Below are positions 23,717 to 32,286 of a DNA stretch of 64,000 bases, one piece after another (the stretch's first letter is position 1; every line of letters starts with the position of its first letter). The translations under genes were made by a program, and so were the position numbers. The notes below the pieces were generated by a model. That model did no database searches, was not told the origin of the DNA, and worked only from the letters and a program-made list of their open reading frames with translations. The stretch is from Acidimicrobiia bacterium (GTDB taxonomy: Bacteria > Actinomycetota > Acidimicrobiia > Acidimicrobiales > SHLQ01): assembly GCA_033344795.1 (NCBI GenBank), contig JAWPMS010000001.1, positions 4,152,757 through 4,216,756 on the forward strand, given 5' to 3'.

Positions 23717-24406
23717 ATGGGACAGATGATCGAATTCGCATCGAACGGTGACACCGCAGGGGGTTACCTGGCGATACCAGACTCCGGCAATGGGGCCGGA
23801 GTCATGGTCATCCAGGAGTGGTGGGGACTGGTCCCTCAGATCAAGGCCGTCTGCGATCGGCTGGCTGCGGCCGGTTATGTCGCTCTGGCGCCAGATCTCT
23901 ACCACGGTGCGCTCGCCGAGCACGATGAGATGGACAAGGCCGGGCATCTGATGACCACCCTCGACATCGAACGAGCGGTGGTCGACATGGGCGGAGCGAT
24001 CACTCACCTTCTGTCGTTGGATGCGGTCGACGGCGATGCAATAGGCGTCGCTGGTTATTGCATGGGAGGCATGCTGTCGCTGCTCATCGCCGCTCACGAG
24101 GGCGATCGCGTTGGTGCGGTCGCACCGTTCTATGGAGCTCCGCTCGGCGACGGTGCTCCCGACTGGTCAGGCCTCACCGCAACCGTCGACGGCCACTTCG
24201 CCGAAATCGATGACTTCTTCCCCCCAGACGCAGTGACCGCACTGGGCGACGAGCTGCGCGCCATGGGCAAGAACGTCACGTTCACCGTGCACGAAGGGAC
24301 CGGACATGGTTTCACCAACGAAGAGAACCCACTCGGCACCTACGACGCGGAGCGCGATGCCCAGACATGGCGGTCGATGCTCGATCTGTTCGCGACCTCT
24401 TTGTAG
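23717..24406 (+). CDS. Dienelactone hydrolase family protein
   Basis: GGYLAIPD...GVMVIQEWWGL...DRLAAAGYVALAPDLYHG...GYCMGG...GTGHGF. AGGAG sits 7 nt upstream. Confidence 0.85.
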   Translation: MGQMIEFASNGDTAGGYLAIPDSGNGAGVMVIQEWWGLVPQIKAVCDRLAAAGYVALAPDLYHGALAEHDEMDKAGHLMTTLDIERAVVDMGGAITHLLSLDAVDGDAIGVAGYCMGGMLSLLIAAHEGDRVGAVAPFYGAPLGDGAPDWSGLTATVDGHFAEIDDFFPPDAVTALGDELRAMGKNVTFTVHEGTGHGFTNEENPLGTYDAERDAQTWRSMLDLFATSL

Positions 24407-24424
24407 TACGAGAAGGAGCCGATG

Positions 24425-24865
24425 TCAGGCGTCGACGACCACGAACATGATGTCGGCGCTACAGGCAACCTTGCCGTCGATGAGCACCGCACCCTTGCCT
24501 TTGCCCGCTCGCGCAGACAGCTGGTTTATCTCGGCCTCGACTTCGACCGTGTCTCCCGGCCCAACCTGCCGTCGGAACCGTGCCTTGTCGAGCCCGCCAA
24601 ACAGCGGCAGTTTTCCGATGTACTGGTCGGGGTCGCACAGCACGGTGTAGGCGCCCATTTGGGCAATGGCCTCACACATCAGGACGCCGGGAAGCGTCGG
24701 ACGACCGGGAAAGTGGCCCGGAAACCAGAATTCGTCCCCGGTCAACGTCCAGGATGCCTTGCCGTACTCCAGCGGGCGGAGCTCGACAATCTCGTCCAGA
24801 AACAGGAACGGTGGACGGTGCGGGAGGATCTCGCTGGGCGCTGGGAACGTCGTCATAGGCCACAA
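24425..24865 (-). CDS. fabZ: 3-hydroxyacyl-ACP dehydratase FabZ
   Basis: LPHRPPFLFLDEI...FPGHFPGRPTLPGVLMCEAIAQMG...FGGLDKARFRRQVGPGD. Confidence 0.85.
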   Translation of the reverse strand: MWPMTTFPAPSEILPHRPPFLFLDEIVELRPLEYGKASWTLTGDEFWFPGHFPGRPTLPGVLMCEAIAQMGAYTVLCDPDQYIGKLPLFGGLDKARFRRQVGPGDTVEVEAEINQLSARAGKGKGAVLIDGKVACSADIMFVVVDA

Positions 24866-24871
24866 ACTCTA

Positions 24872-24911
24872 GGGCCAAAAAGACAATGGGGCGGCGCCGA
24901 AGCACCGCCCC
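24872..24911 (-). terminator. Rho-independent terminator downstream of hup
   Basis: On the minus strand: GGGGCGGTGC-TTCG-GCGCCGCCCC, followed by ATTGTCTTTTT. It lies 32 nt after the hup stop. Confidence 0.65.
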
Positions 24912-24942
24912 ACAGCTCAGATTGTCGGTGTGAACCGAAGAA

Positions 24943-25221
24943 TCAAGCGCCCTTGCCGGCAGCCTTCAGCTTCGAGCCAGCCTGAATCTTGACGGCGGTG
25001 CCGGCAGGAATCATGCGTGCTTCACCGGTGCGCGGGTTGCGACCCATGCGCTCCTTGGTGTCCTTACGTGAGAACTTCACGTAACCGGGAATGTTCACCT
25101 CGCCGCCGCCGCGGACCTGCGACGACACGATCTCCATCATTGCATCGACGCACGAACCCGCGTCTGACTGGGTTACTCCAGCCTTCGAAGCGATCTCTGC
25201 TACCAATTCACTCTTGTTCAT
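24943..25221 (-). CDS. hup: Nucleoid-associated DNA-binding protein HU
   Basis: MNKSELV..IA...G.T...A...VDA....V......G..V.IPG.(V)KF......ER.GRNP.TGE...IPA. AGGAGG sits 8 nt upstream of the ATG. Confidence 0.95.
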   Translation of the reverse strand: MNKSELVAEIASKAGVTQSDAGSCVDAMMEIVSSQVRGGGEVNIPGYVKFSRKDTKERMGRNPRTGEARMIPAGTAVKIQAGSKLKAAGKGA

Positions 25222-25481
25222 CTTTATGTACCTCCTGAGCCACCAACTTGGCGGAACGTTGCGAATTACAAGTAGGCGTCACTGTAGTGGACGAATTTTG
25301 GCAAGTGGCGATGCTCCAGCGAAAATTCGTTGGAATTCCAACGGTGCCGATCTCTCGATGTTGGCCGTCGTCCGACACGGGCAAATTACAAACCTGCGTC
25401 GATTGCAACATCGGTCGGTCTGCCCACGACTTGTGCCGGTCGATTCTCGACACATCCGCGAGCGCTACTAGTGTGTCCACG

Positions 25482-26033
25482 ATGTCGACTGATCAGAATT
25501 CTGGCCCCGTAGGTCAGGACGCTCGCTTCGCCGAGTACGTGGTGCCAGAACTCGAAGTGCTCTACCGCGTCGCACAGTCGATCACGCGCAACCCCACCGA
25601 TGCCGAGGACCTGGTCCAAGACACGCTGATACGGGCCTACCGAGCGATCGAGAGATTTGATGGTCGTTACCCACGTGCGTGGTTGTTGACCATCATGCGC
25701 AACGCTCAGGTGAATCGTGTGCGTCGGAAGCGACCCGAGCTCATGCACGATCCCGACGAACAGATGGCACGGGTGGCCGATGAGTCGCCTGATGGTGCGG
25801 ACGCCGAGAGTCAGCTCATGGACCAGGAGTTCGAAGCCCCCATCGAGAACGCCCTCAACGCCCTTCCGGAGAAGTTCCGTCGCGTCGTCGAGCTCGTCGA
25901 CCTCAACCAGTTGTCCTATCAAGAAGCCGCCGACGCCCTTGGAATTCCCGTCGGTACCGTGATGTCGAGATTGCATCGAGCCAGACGGAATATTCGGCAA
26001 CACCTCGAGGCTTCCCAGATGGAGGAGACCTGA
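25482..26033 (+). CDS. ECF (group 4) RNA polymerase sigma factor
   Basis: Region 2: AEDLVQDTLIRAYRAIERFDG...AWLLTIMRN. Region 4: LSYQEAADALGIPVGTVMSRLHRARR. ATG 25482 was chosen within the longer ORF 25248..26033. Confidence 0.85.
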   Translation: MSTDQNSGPVGQDARFAEYVVPELEVLYRVAQSITRNPTDAEDLVQDTLIRAYRAIERFDGRYPRAWLLTIMRNAQVNRVRRKRPELMHDPDEQMARVADESPDGADAESQLMDQEFEAPIENALNALPEKFRRVVELVDLNQLSYQEAADALGIPVGTVMSRLHRARRNIRQHLEASQMEET

Positions 26034-26299
26034 TGTCGAACAAAACCATGACATGCCGAGACGTTGCGCTTCGCCTGCAGACCTATCTGGACGGCGAACT
26101 CGACGCCGAGCGGATGGAGCGGATCCAGACACATCTTGAAGCCTGTGTCGACTGCGGCCTCGAAGCCGACGTGTTCACGACCATCAAGAACGATCTCGCG
26201 AAACAGGTCAGCCCCGTGAACTCAGAAGCGCTCGCACGCCTCCGGGCCTTCAGCGATCAGATCGCTACCGCTGCGCAGGACGAGCCTCAAGACCACTGA
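26033..26299 (+). CDS. Soluble zinc-binding (ZAS, RsrA/RshA-like) anti-sigma factor
   Basis: C-x25-H-x3-C-x2-C motif: TCRDV...THLEACVDCG. 88 aa with no TM segment. The start overlaps the sigma stop (TGATG). Confidence 0.75.
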   Translation: MSNKTMTCRDVALRLQTYLDGELDAERMERIQTHLEACVDCGLEADVFTTIKNDLAKQVSPVNSEALARLRAFSDQIATAAQDEPQDH

Positions 26300-27617
26300 C
26301 GGGCTGGAAGAATTGACCGGCGGCCTGCTGGATCGCCGTCGACCACGTTGGGTACGGCGTCGTCACCTGCGCGAGCCGACCGACAAACATTCCCAGACGA
26401 GCCGCCAGGGTAGGACCGTGGATCATCTCCCCAGCCCGGTCCGCAACGATCGTGGCGCCAATGATCTGTCCGCCGAACAGCCCTCTCGTGATCATCTTCG
26501 GTCCGGCGATGAGCTTCACGAAACCGTCGGTGCGACCTTCGGTGATCGCTCGATCGACATGTGACAAAGGCAAATGGGCGACCATCGCACCTCGCGGCGC
26601 CTCGGACTCGAGCACACCGACCCGTGCCACCTCTGGCGACGTGAAGGTGACCCATGGTGTTGCCGTCGTGCCGTACTTCCAACGGGTGCCCTTTCCCAAC
26701 GCATGGCTGACGGCAAGGCGAGCCTGCTCATCGGCGGCATGGGTAAAGGGCAGGAGTCCGGTCACGTCACCAGCGGCGATGATGCCCTTGACGGTCGTTC
26801 GCAGCCTGTCATCGACCTTGATATGACCTGATTTGGACCGTTCGACGCCAGTCGACTCCAGTCCGAAGCCGGTTGTGTTCGCGACACGTCCCGTCGCGAC
26901 AAGAAGTGTGTCCACATCGACGACGTGACCATCGACCGTCAGCGTGATGACACTCCCCTGGGCCGAGACGTCGTCGACAAGGGAACCGGTTCGCACGTCG
27001 ACGCTCGCGGCTGCCATCGCCCGTTCGATGACCGCGGACGCTTCTGGTTCCTCGTTGGGGATGAGCCTTGGCGCACCCTCGAAAATCGTGACGGCGCTGC
27101 CGAAGCCAGCAAACGCCATCGCCATCTCACAGCCGATCGGCCCACCACCGATAATGCCCAATCGTGGTGGAAGCTTCTCCAACTCGAACAACGTCTCGTT
27201 CGTGAGGAAGTCGACGTCACTGAGTCCCGAGATCGGAGGGATTGCGGCTCTCGCCCCCGTCGCGATGAGCACGTGTTTCGCCGAGTACGAGGTGCCATCG
27301 ACTTCGACGGTGTCGGGGGCCACAATCGTGCCCCGACCATCGATGACATCCACACCTTCGGCACGGAGCACGTCGGCGCTCTCCTCGGCAGCGATGCGGT
27401 CGATCGTCTCGTGCACGGTGCGCATGGCATCACCGAACGACGCTCCGCGGCGACTCTGCGAAATCAACGTCTTCGAGGGGACGCAACCGGTGAACGTGCA
27501 GTCTCCCCCTATAGGCCCATCGGTGATCAGGAGCGGCGAGGCGCCGTGCACTCGCGCTCCGCGAGCTGCACCCAATCCTGCTGTTCCTCCACCGATGATG
27601 ATCAGATCATGAGCCAT
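26265..27617 (-). CDS. Class I pyridine nucleotide-disulfide oxidoreductase (dihydrolipoamide dehydrogenase / mycothione reductase-like)
   Basis: MAHDLIIIGGGTAGLGAA (FAD), GGDCTFTGCVPSK (redox CxxxxC), IIGGGPIGCEMA (NAD), AAGDV. ATG 27617 was chosen; the ORF track extends to 27803. Confidence 0.85.
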   Translation of the reverse strand: MAHDLIIIGGGTAGLGAARGARVHGASPLLITDGPIGGDCTFTGCVPSKTLISQSRRGASFGDAMRTVHETIDRIAAEESADVLRAEGVDVIDGRGTIVAPDTVEVDGTSYSAKHVLIATGARAAIPPISGLSDVDFLTNETLFELEKLPPRLGIIGGGPIGCEMAMAFAGFGSAVTIFEGAPRLIPNEEPEASAVIERAMAAASVDVRTGSLVDDVSAQGSVITLTVDGHVVDVDTLLVATGRVANTTGFGLESTGVERSKSGHIKVDDRLRTTVKGIIAAGDVTGLLPFTHAADEQARLAVSHALGKGTRWKYGTTATPWVTFTSPEVARVGVLESEAPRGAMVAHLPLSHVDRAITEGRTDGFVKLIAGPKMITRGLFGGQIIGATIVADRAGEMIHGPTLAARLGMFVGRLAQVTTPYPTWSTAIQQAAGQFFQPVSGLEARPAQR

Positions 27618-27699
27618 ACGCAACAAACCCTTCCACGACGGGGCTTCTTCCGCGGGGAGGCTACGGAATCCGAAGTACCCCGGTTGGTGTTTCACCCCC

Positions 27700-27891
27700 G
27701 TGCCCGATTTCCTACTCGATCTCCTTCTGCCAAAGACCGACAGAATCGTGGCAATCCAATGGCTGGTGATGACGCCGTTCTGGCTGATCATGATCGTGCT
27801 CACCAGGAAGTTGCAGAAGGAGACCCGACTCTTCGTCTATGGCCTCGCGATGATGAATCTCGCCTGGTTCGCGGCACGGACGATCCACTGA
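27700..27891 (+). CDS. Candidate small two-TM membrane protein (<=63 aa)
   Basis: Lies in an otherwise unassigned 296-bp gap. About 80% G/C at third codon positions in this frame, counted by eye. Hydrophobic segments: IVAIQWLVMTPFWLIMIVL and LFVYGLAMMNLAWFAA. The start is uncertain (GTG 27700 or the internal ATG). Confidence 0.35.
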   Translation: MPDFLLDLLLPKTDRIVAIQWLVMTPFWLIMIVLTRKLQKETRLFVYGLAMMNLAWFAARTIH

Positions 27892-27913
27892 CAACTCCGC
27901 GGTCGAACTCGTG

Positions 27914-28582
27914 CTATTCGACTTCCCAGTTGTAGAAGCCTTCTTCGCTCGGCTCGTGCTGTTCGGCGTCGAGCACTTCTCCCGCAGCTTTGGCGTTTTG
28001 GATGAAACGTCGCAATGCCGACGGGTCCTTCTTGCCGGGTGCACTCTCGACGCCACTGGCCACGTCCACGCCCCACGGCTTGACCGCTGCGATTGCATCA
28101 GCGACGTTCTCGGGGTTCAGGCCTCCGGCGAGCAGAATTCGACGATCCATCGGCAGCGACTCGGTGAGTCGCCAGTCGAAGACCTCACCTGCACCGGGCG
28201 TCGGAGCGTCGACAAGGATGATGGGCACCAAGAACTCGCTTGCCCGACGAGCCTGCTCGGTTCCCGCAGCAACCGCCTTGATCACCGTCGGTACACGCTC
28301 GGCGACCCATGCAACTTCGTCGGGGCTCTCGTTGCCATGGAGTTGCGCTGCCCGAAGGCCGACGGTGTGGACGATGTCGACCACCCGCTCCTTGGACTCG
28401 TTGCGGAAAATGCCGACCGTCAAGGTCTCGGCGGGGATTCGTGCGGCGATGTCTCGAGCTCGGGTCGTTGCGATCTGACGGGTAGAACCCGAGACGAAGT
28501 TCAGTCCCAACGAATCGGCACCAAGAGCCACAGCCAACAAGGCATCGTCGACGTCCGTCACGCCACAGATCTTCACAAACAC
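27914..28582 (-). CDS. trpF: Phosphoribosylanthranilate isomerase TrpF
   Basis: MFVKICGVT....A......GAD.LG(L)NF...S.R.I...LAGGL.PENV....PWGVDV(A)SGVE..PG.KD. Confidence 0.9.
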   Translation of the reverse strand: MFVKICGVTDVDDALLAVALGADSLGLNFVSGSTRQIATTRARDIAARIPAETLTVGIFRNESKERVVDIVHTVGLRAAQLHGNESPDEVAWVAERVPTVIKAVAAGTEQARRASEFLVPIILVDAPTPGAGEVFDWRLTESLPMDRRILLAGGLNPENVADAIAAVKPWGVDVASGVESAPGKKDPSALRRFIQNAKAAGEVLDAEQHEPSEEGFYNWEVE

Positions 28583-28583
28583 G

Positions 28584-29423
28584 CTAGGTACCCAACCGTT
28601 CGGTCAGTCCGTCCGATTCTTCGGCGACCGACGTGGGCAGCTCGGCGCCCCCTGCCGCGTCGAGGAGTGCTCGGACACCGTCGGCTGGTCCGCGGTGTTT
28701 GACGAGCGATTCGCCGATGAGGACCGCATCGAATCCGGCCTCGACGAGGGCGGGAATGTCCTGTGGTCCGCCGATACCAGACTCGGCAATGCGCAGCGCC
28801 TCAGCGGGCAACGACGCAGCAACACGGGCAGCTCGGTCCACATCGACCTCAAATGTTCGCAGATCGCGCTGGTTGACTCCGATGATCGTGCCCCCTACGG
28901 CGATGGCCCGCTCGGCCTCGGCTTCGTCATGCACTTCGATCAGTGCATCGAGGCCGACCTCGGTCGCGAGAGAAAAGAAATCGGTGAGTTCAGCATCGTC
29001 GAGCGCAGCAACGATCAGCAGCACACAATCGGCACCCATCAACCGAGCATCGACAACGTCATTGGGGGAGACCGTGAAGTCCTTGCGGAGAATTGGGATC
29101 TCGACCGCCTCGCGAACCGCACGCAGATCAGCGACCGAACCGCCGAAGTACTCCTCGTCGGTCAGCACGGAGCAACAAGCTGCGCCCCCGGCTGCATAGC
29201 TCGAGGCGAGCTCGGCCGGGTCGAGGTCGGGATCGAGGTCGCCCTTCGATGGGGAGCGCCGTTTCACTTCTGCGATCACGCCGAGCGGAGCCGCCGCGCG
29301 TAGCGCGGCACCAAATCCACGCGCCGGAGAGAGGTCGCCAACCAGTTCGACCAGCTGATCGACCGATCGGTCGTCATCGGCAGCCGCAGCTCTGTGCGAC
29401 GCGAGGATCCCGTCGAGGTACAT
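28584..29423 (-). CDS. trpC: Indole-3-glycerol-phosphate synthase TrpC
   Basis: MYLDGI...VIAEVKRRSPSKG...ILRKDF...D.VLLI.AAL...L...A...GLDALIEVH...IGVNQRDL.TF.VD...ESG. Confidence 0.9.
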   Translation of the reverse strand: MYLDGILASHRAAAADDDRSVDQLVELVGDLSPARGFGAALRAAAPLGVIAEVKRRSPSKGDLDPDLDPAELASSYAAGGAACCSVLTDEEYFGGSVADLRAVREAVEIPILRKDFTVSPNDVVDARLMGADCVLLIVAALDDAELTDFFSLATEVGLDALIEVHDEAEAERAIAVGGTIIGVNQRDLRTFEVDVDRAARVAASLPAEALRIAESGIGGPQDIPALVEAGFDAVLIGESLVKHRGPADGVRALLDAAGGAELPTSVAEESDGLTERLGT

Positions 29424-29425
29424 GG

Positions 29426-30241
29426 CTACGCCGCGTCTCCGGGCACCGGCCGGACCGTGACAGCTGTGCCACTGAAATCGAGCTCGGTCTTGTCGAACGA
29501 AGACCGTTTCACATACGCCAGTGCCACCCAACCGTCATCGGTGGGCGCGACGGACGTGAGGGTGCCCGCAATTGCACCGTCGTTGTGCAGCTCATCGCCG
29601 ACGGCGGCCGAGCCGGATCCCGAGACGATTCGCAGGCGTCGTGGGGTGTTATCGCCGCGCGAGTCAACCCGGGCAACCAGTTCTTGTCCGGTGTAACAAC
29701 CCTTGGTGAACGACACCGACTGCTTCACGATCCCTGCCTCAGCAGGAATGGTCGATTCACCGAGCTCGCTTCCCATCGCCGGGATGCCGCCCTCGATCCG
29801 ACGGCGGAGGTGCTCGGTTGCATCGAGTTCCGTGGCGACTGGAGTCGCCAAGTCTGGTCCGATCACGTCGACGCCCAGCCCATCTGCTGATGGCGAAACG
29901 ATGGGTGCCGCTGTGGCAGAGTCGTCGATGGCTCCGTCATACGCGTGCAGCGTCCACGTCGCGAGTTCGAGCTCGACCTTGACGCGCATCATGAAACGTT
30001 TCACTCGGGCGAGCAGCGTTTCGCCGAATCCGGCATCGACGTCGAGCAGAAAAACGTCGTCTGCGGTCCTGGTTATCCGAAACCACGCATCCACCTTGCC
30101 CTGCGGCTGCAGGATCAGGCTCCATGCACTCTCGCCGATGCCGAGTTTGGTGACATCCTGCGAGACCTGGCCTTGCAGGTACGACTCCGCGTCCTCTCCC
30201 GAGACCGACAGTACGTCGCGTTCACCCACGTAGACATTCAT
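29426..30241 (-). CDS. YgfZ/GcvT-like folate-binding protein
   Basis: VLSVSGEDAESYLQGQVSQDV...SFTKGCYTGQELVARVDSRG. The ATG overlaps the trpE stop (ATGA). Confidence 0.7.
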   Translation of the reverse strand: MNVYVGERDVLSVSGEDAESYLQGQVSQDVTKLGIGESAWSLILQPQGKVDAWFRITRTADDVFLLDVDAGFGETLLARVKRFMMRVKVELELATWTLHAYDGAIDDSATAAPIVSPSADGLGVDVIGPDLATPVATELDATEHLRRRIEGGIPAMGSELGESTIPAEAGIVKQSVSFTKGCYTGQELVARVDSRGDNTPRRLRIVSGSGSAAVGDELHNDGAIAGTLTSVAPTDDGWVALAYVKRSSFDKTELDFSGTAVTVRPVPGDAA

Positions 30242-31755
30242 GATGAAGCCGCCTTTCGTTGCGCCGTCATGATCCTGGCGCCGGGCACCGCAGCGAGCAG
30301 CGCCTTCGACTTGTTGATGCACTCATCATGCTCATCGATGGGAACGCTGTCCGCAACGATCCCCGCACCCGCTTGCACCGACGCCTGGTTTCCCCGCACG
30401 AACATCGTGCGAATTGCGATAGCGGTGTCGATATTGCCCGAGAAGTCGATGTAGCCGACGATGCCGGCGTACGGACCACGCTTGACCGGCTCGAGCTCAT
30501 CGATGATCTGCATCGCTCGAACCTTCGGTGCTCCCGAAACCGTTCCCGCTGGCAGCGTTGCTCGAAGCACGTCGATTGCCGTCTTTCCAGGAGCGAGGTC
30601 GCCCGAGACCTGCGACGTGAGATGCATGACATGGCTGTATCGCTCGAGTGTCATCAACTGATCACGGGTCTCGCTCCCGTAGCTGATGACCCGGCCGATG
30701 TCGTTGCGAGCAAGATCCACGAGCATCACGTGCTCGGCGACTTCCTTCGGATGTTCTTGGAGTTCGGCTCCAAGACGTCGGTCTTCGACGTCGGTCGCAC
30801 CACGCGGTCGGGTTCCCGCGATCGGGCGCGAGATGACCTTGCCGTCGAGCAATTGCACCATCGGCTCGGGCGATGCACCCACGATGCTCAGCTCCCCGAT
30901 GCGCAAGAAGTACATGTAGGGGCTCGGATTCACCTGACGGAGAACCCGGTAGACGTCGAACGGTTCCGCGTCGAGCTCGAAGTCGAAACGTTGTGCGAGC
31001 ACGACCTGAAAGATGTCTCCCGCGAGGATGTACTCCTTCGCTGTCTCAACGGCTCGGCAGTAGTCGGCCTCACCCATCGTCGAGGTGACCGTCGGGAGCT
31101 CCGCATCGAGCGGAGGCGGCGACACGAGGGGTTCGTCGAGCGGTCGAGCTCCATCGTTTTGCAGTGCCGTCAGCCGGCCGATGGCGTCGTCGTAACAGGA
31201 ACGCAGCGCAGTCTCGTCGGCGTTCTCGGGAATGATCGTGTTGGAGATTAGCGTGACCTGTTGCTTCCAGTGATCGAAGGCGACCAACTCGCCGATCATC
31301 GCCATCACACCATCGGCGTGGCCCGTGTCGTCGTCGGGTACGTCCGGCAGGTGTTCCACCTCGCGGACGACGTCGTACCCGAGGTAGCCCATGAGACCGG
31401 AGTGCAGCGGTGGCAGTGCTTCGAGCGACGGGGCGCTGAACGTTTCCAGCAGTTCTTCGAGGGTCGCCAGCATGCCGCCTCCTGTTGGCATCTGGTCCGC
31501 AAGCGGGCCGGTGACCGAGATGACACCACCTACCGAGACGACGGTGGCCAGAGCATTGCGACCAAGAAAGGACCAGCGACTCCACCGCTCCCCGTTCTCG
31601 ACTGACTCGAGCAAGAATCCGTCGTCCTCGCCAACACAGCGTGCGAAGATCGAGACCGGCGTGACCTGGTCGGCCAGCAAGGACCGCCACACGGGAACGA
31701 CACGGTGTTCTGCTCCAAGCGAGACGAACTCGTCGAAGGTCGGCTGGATCGTCAT
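30238..31755 (-). CDS. trpE: Anthranilate synthase component I TrpE
   Basis: LLESVENGERWSRWSF...GDIFQVVLAQRF...SPSPYMYFL...GASPE...RGPYAG.VGY....G..D.AIAIRT. Confidence 0.95.
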   Translation of the reverse strand: MTIQPTFDEFVSLGAEHRVVPVWRSLLADQVTPVSIFARCVGEDDGFLLESVENGERWSRWSFLGRNALATVVSVGGVISVTGPLADQMPTGGGMLATLEELLETFSAPSLEALPPLHSGLMGYLGYDVVREVEHLPDVPDDDTGHADGVMAMIGELVAFDHWKQQVTLISNTIIPENADETALRSCYDDAIGRLTALQNDGARPLDEPLVSPPPLDAELPTVTSTMGEADYCRAVETAKEYILAGDIFQVVLAQRFDFELDAEPFDVYRVLRQVNPSPYMYFLRIGELSIVGASPEPMVQLLDGKVISRPIAGTRPRGATDVEDRRLGAELQEHPKEVAEHVMLVDLARNDIGRVISYGSETRDQLMTLERYSHVMHLTSQVSGDLAPGKTAIDVLRATLPAGTVSGAPKVRAMQIIDELEPVKRGPYAGIVGYIDFSGNIDTAIAIRTMFVRGNQASVQAGAGIVADSVPIDEHDECINKSKALLAAVPGARIMTAQRKAASS

Positions 31756-31767
31756 GTTGATTCCTGC

Positions 31768-32175
31768 CTAGAGGTAGAGCCCGGTCGAACCCTCTTCGAG
31801 GCGTTCTGCGGCCACGGCATGCACGTCACGTTCGCGAAGAATGATGTAGTCGGTGCCACCGACTTCGACCTCGTAACGATCGTCGGGGTTGAAGAGCACA
31901 CGGTCACCGATTTCCATGTTTCGTACGTTTGGGCCAGCGGAGACGATCTCGGCCCAGGTCAATCGTTTTCCGACCTGTGCGGTCGCGGGGATCAGGATCC
32001 CTCCGGACGATCGCCGCTCACCCTCTGCATCGCCGATGCGGACGAGGATGCGGTCATTCAGCATCTTGATCGGAAGACGATCGCCAGCGCTGTTCGACGG
32101 CCCAAGTTCGTTGTGCTTCTTGGGTGAGGGCTTCTTGGCGTCAGGCTCGGTGGACGTCGGTGTTGATGCGGTCAC
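31768..32175 (-). CDS. GroES/Cpn10-family small protein with an N-terminal extension
   Basis: LPIKMLNDRILVR...SSGGILIP......K..WAEIV(S)AGP......GDRVLF. GTG start. The stop lies 12 nt before the trpE ATG. Confidence 0.55.
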   Translation of the reverse strand: MTASTPTSTEPDAKKPSPKKHNELGPSNSAGDRLPIKMLNDRILVRIGDAEGERRSSGGILIPATAQVGKRLTWAEIVSAGPNVRNMEIGDRVLFNPDDRYEVEVGGTDYIILRERDVHAVAAERLEEGSTGLYL

Positions 32176-32286
32176 GGCGTCAGGCTACTGGCGCGGTCGA
32201 ACGGTGACGCCACGCGATGGCCATCGGCTCACCAGGTGGTGCCATTCGCCCGGTCTGGAGAGGAAGATGAATCGAGGCCTGCGACA

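Noticed and set aside
26265-27803. Long N-terminal extensions in the ORF track for several genes: oxidoreductase to 27803, AP-family to 49146, menA to 42702, rlmN from 36240, sepF to 53236, ftsZ to 55814, murD to 63116, murG to 60589.
   Set aside because: The extensions overlap upstream genes, are Arg/Ser/Pro-rich and precede the conserved family N-termini. Downstream starts restore typical protein lengths and often give 4-nt start/stop overlaps or an SD.
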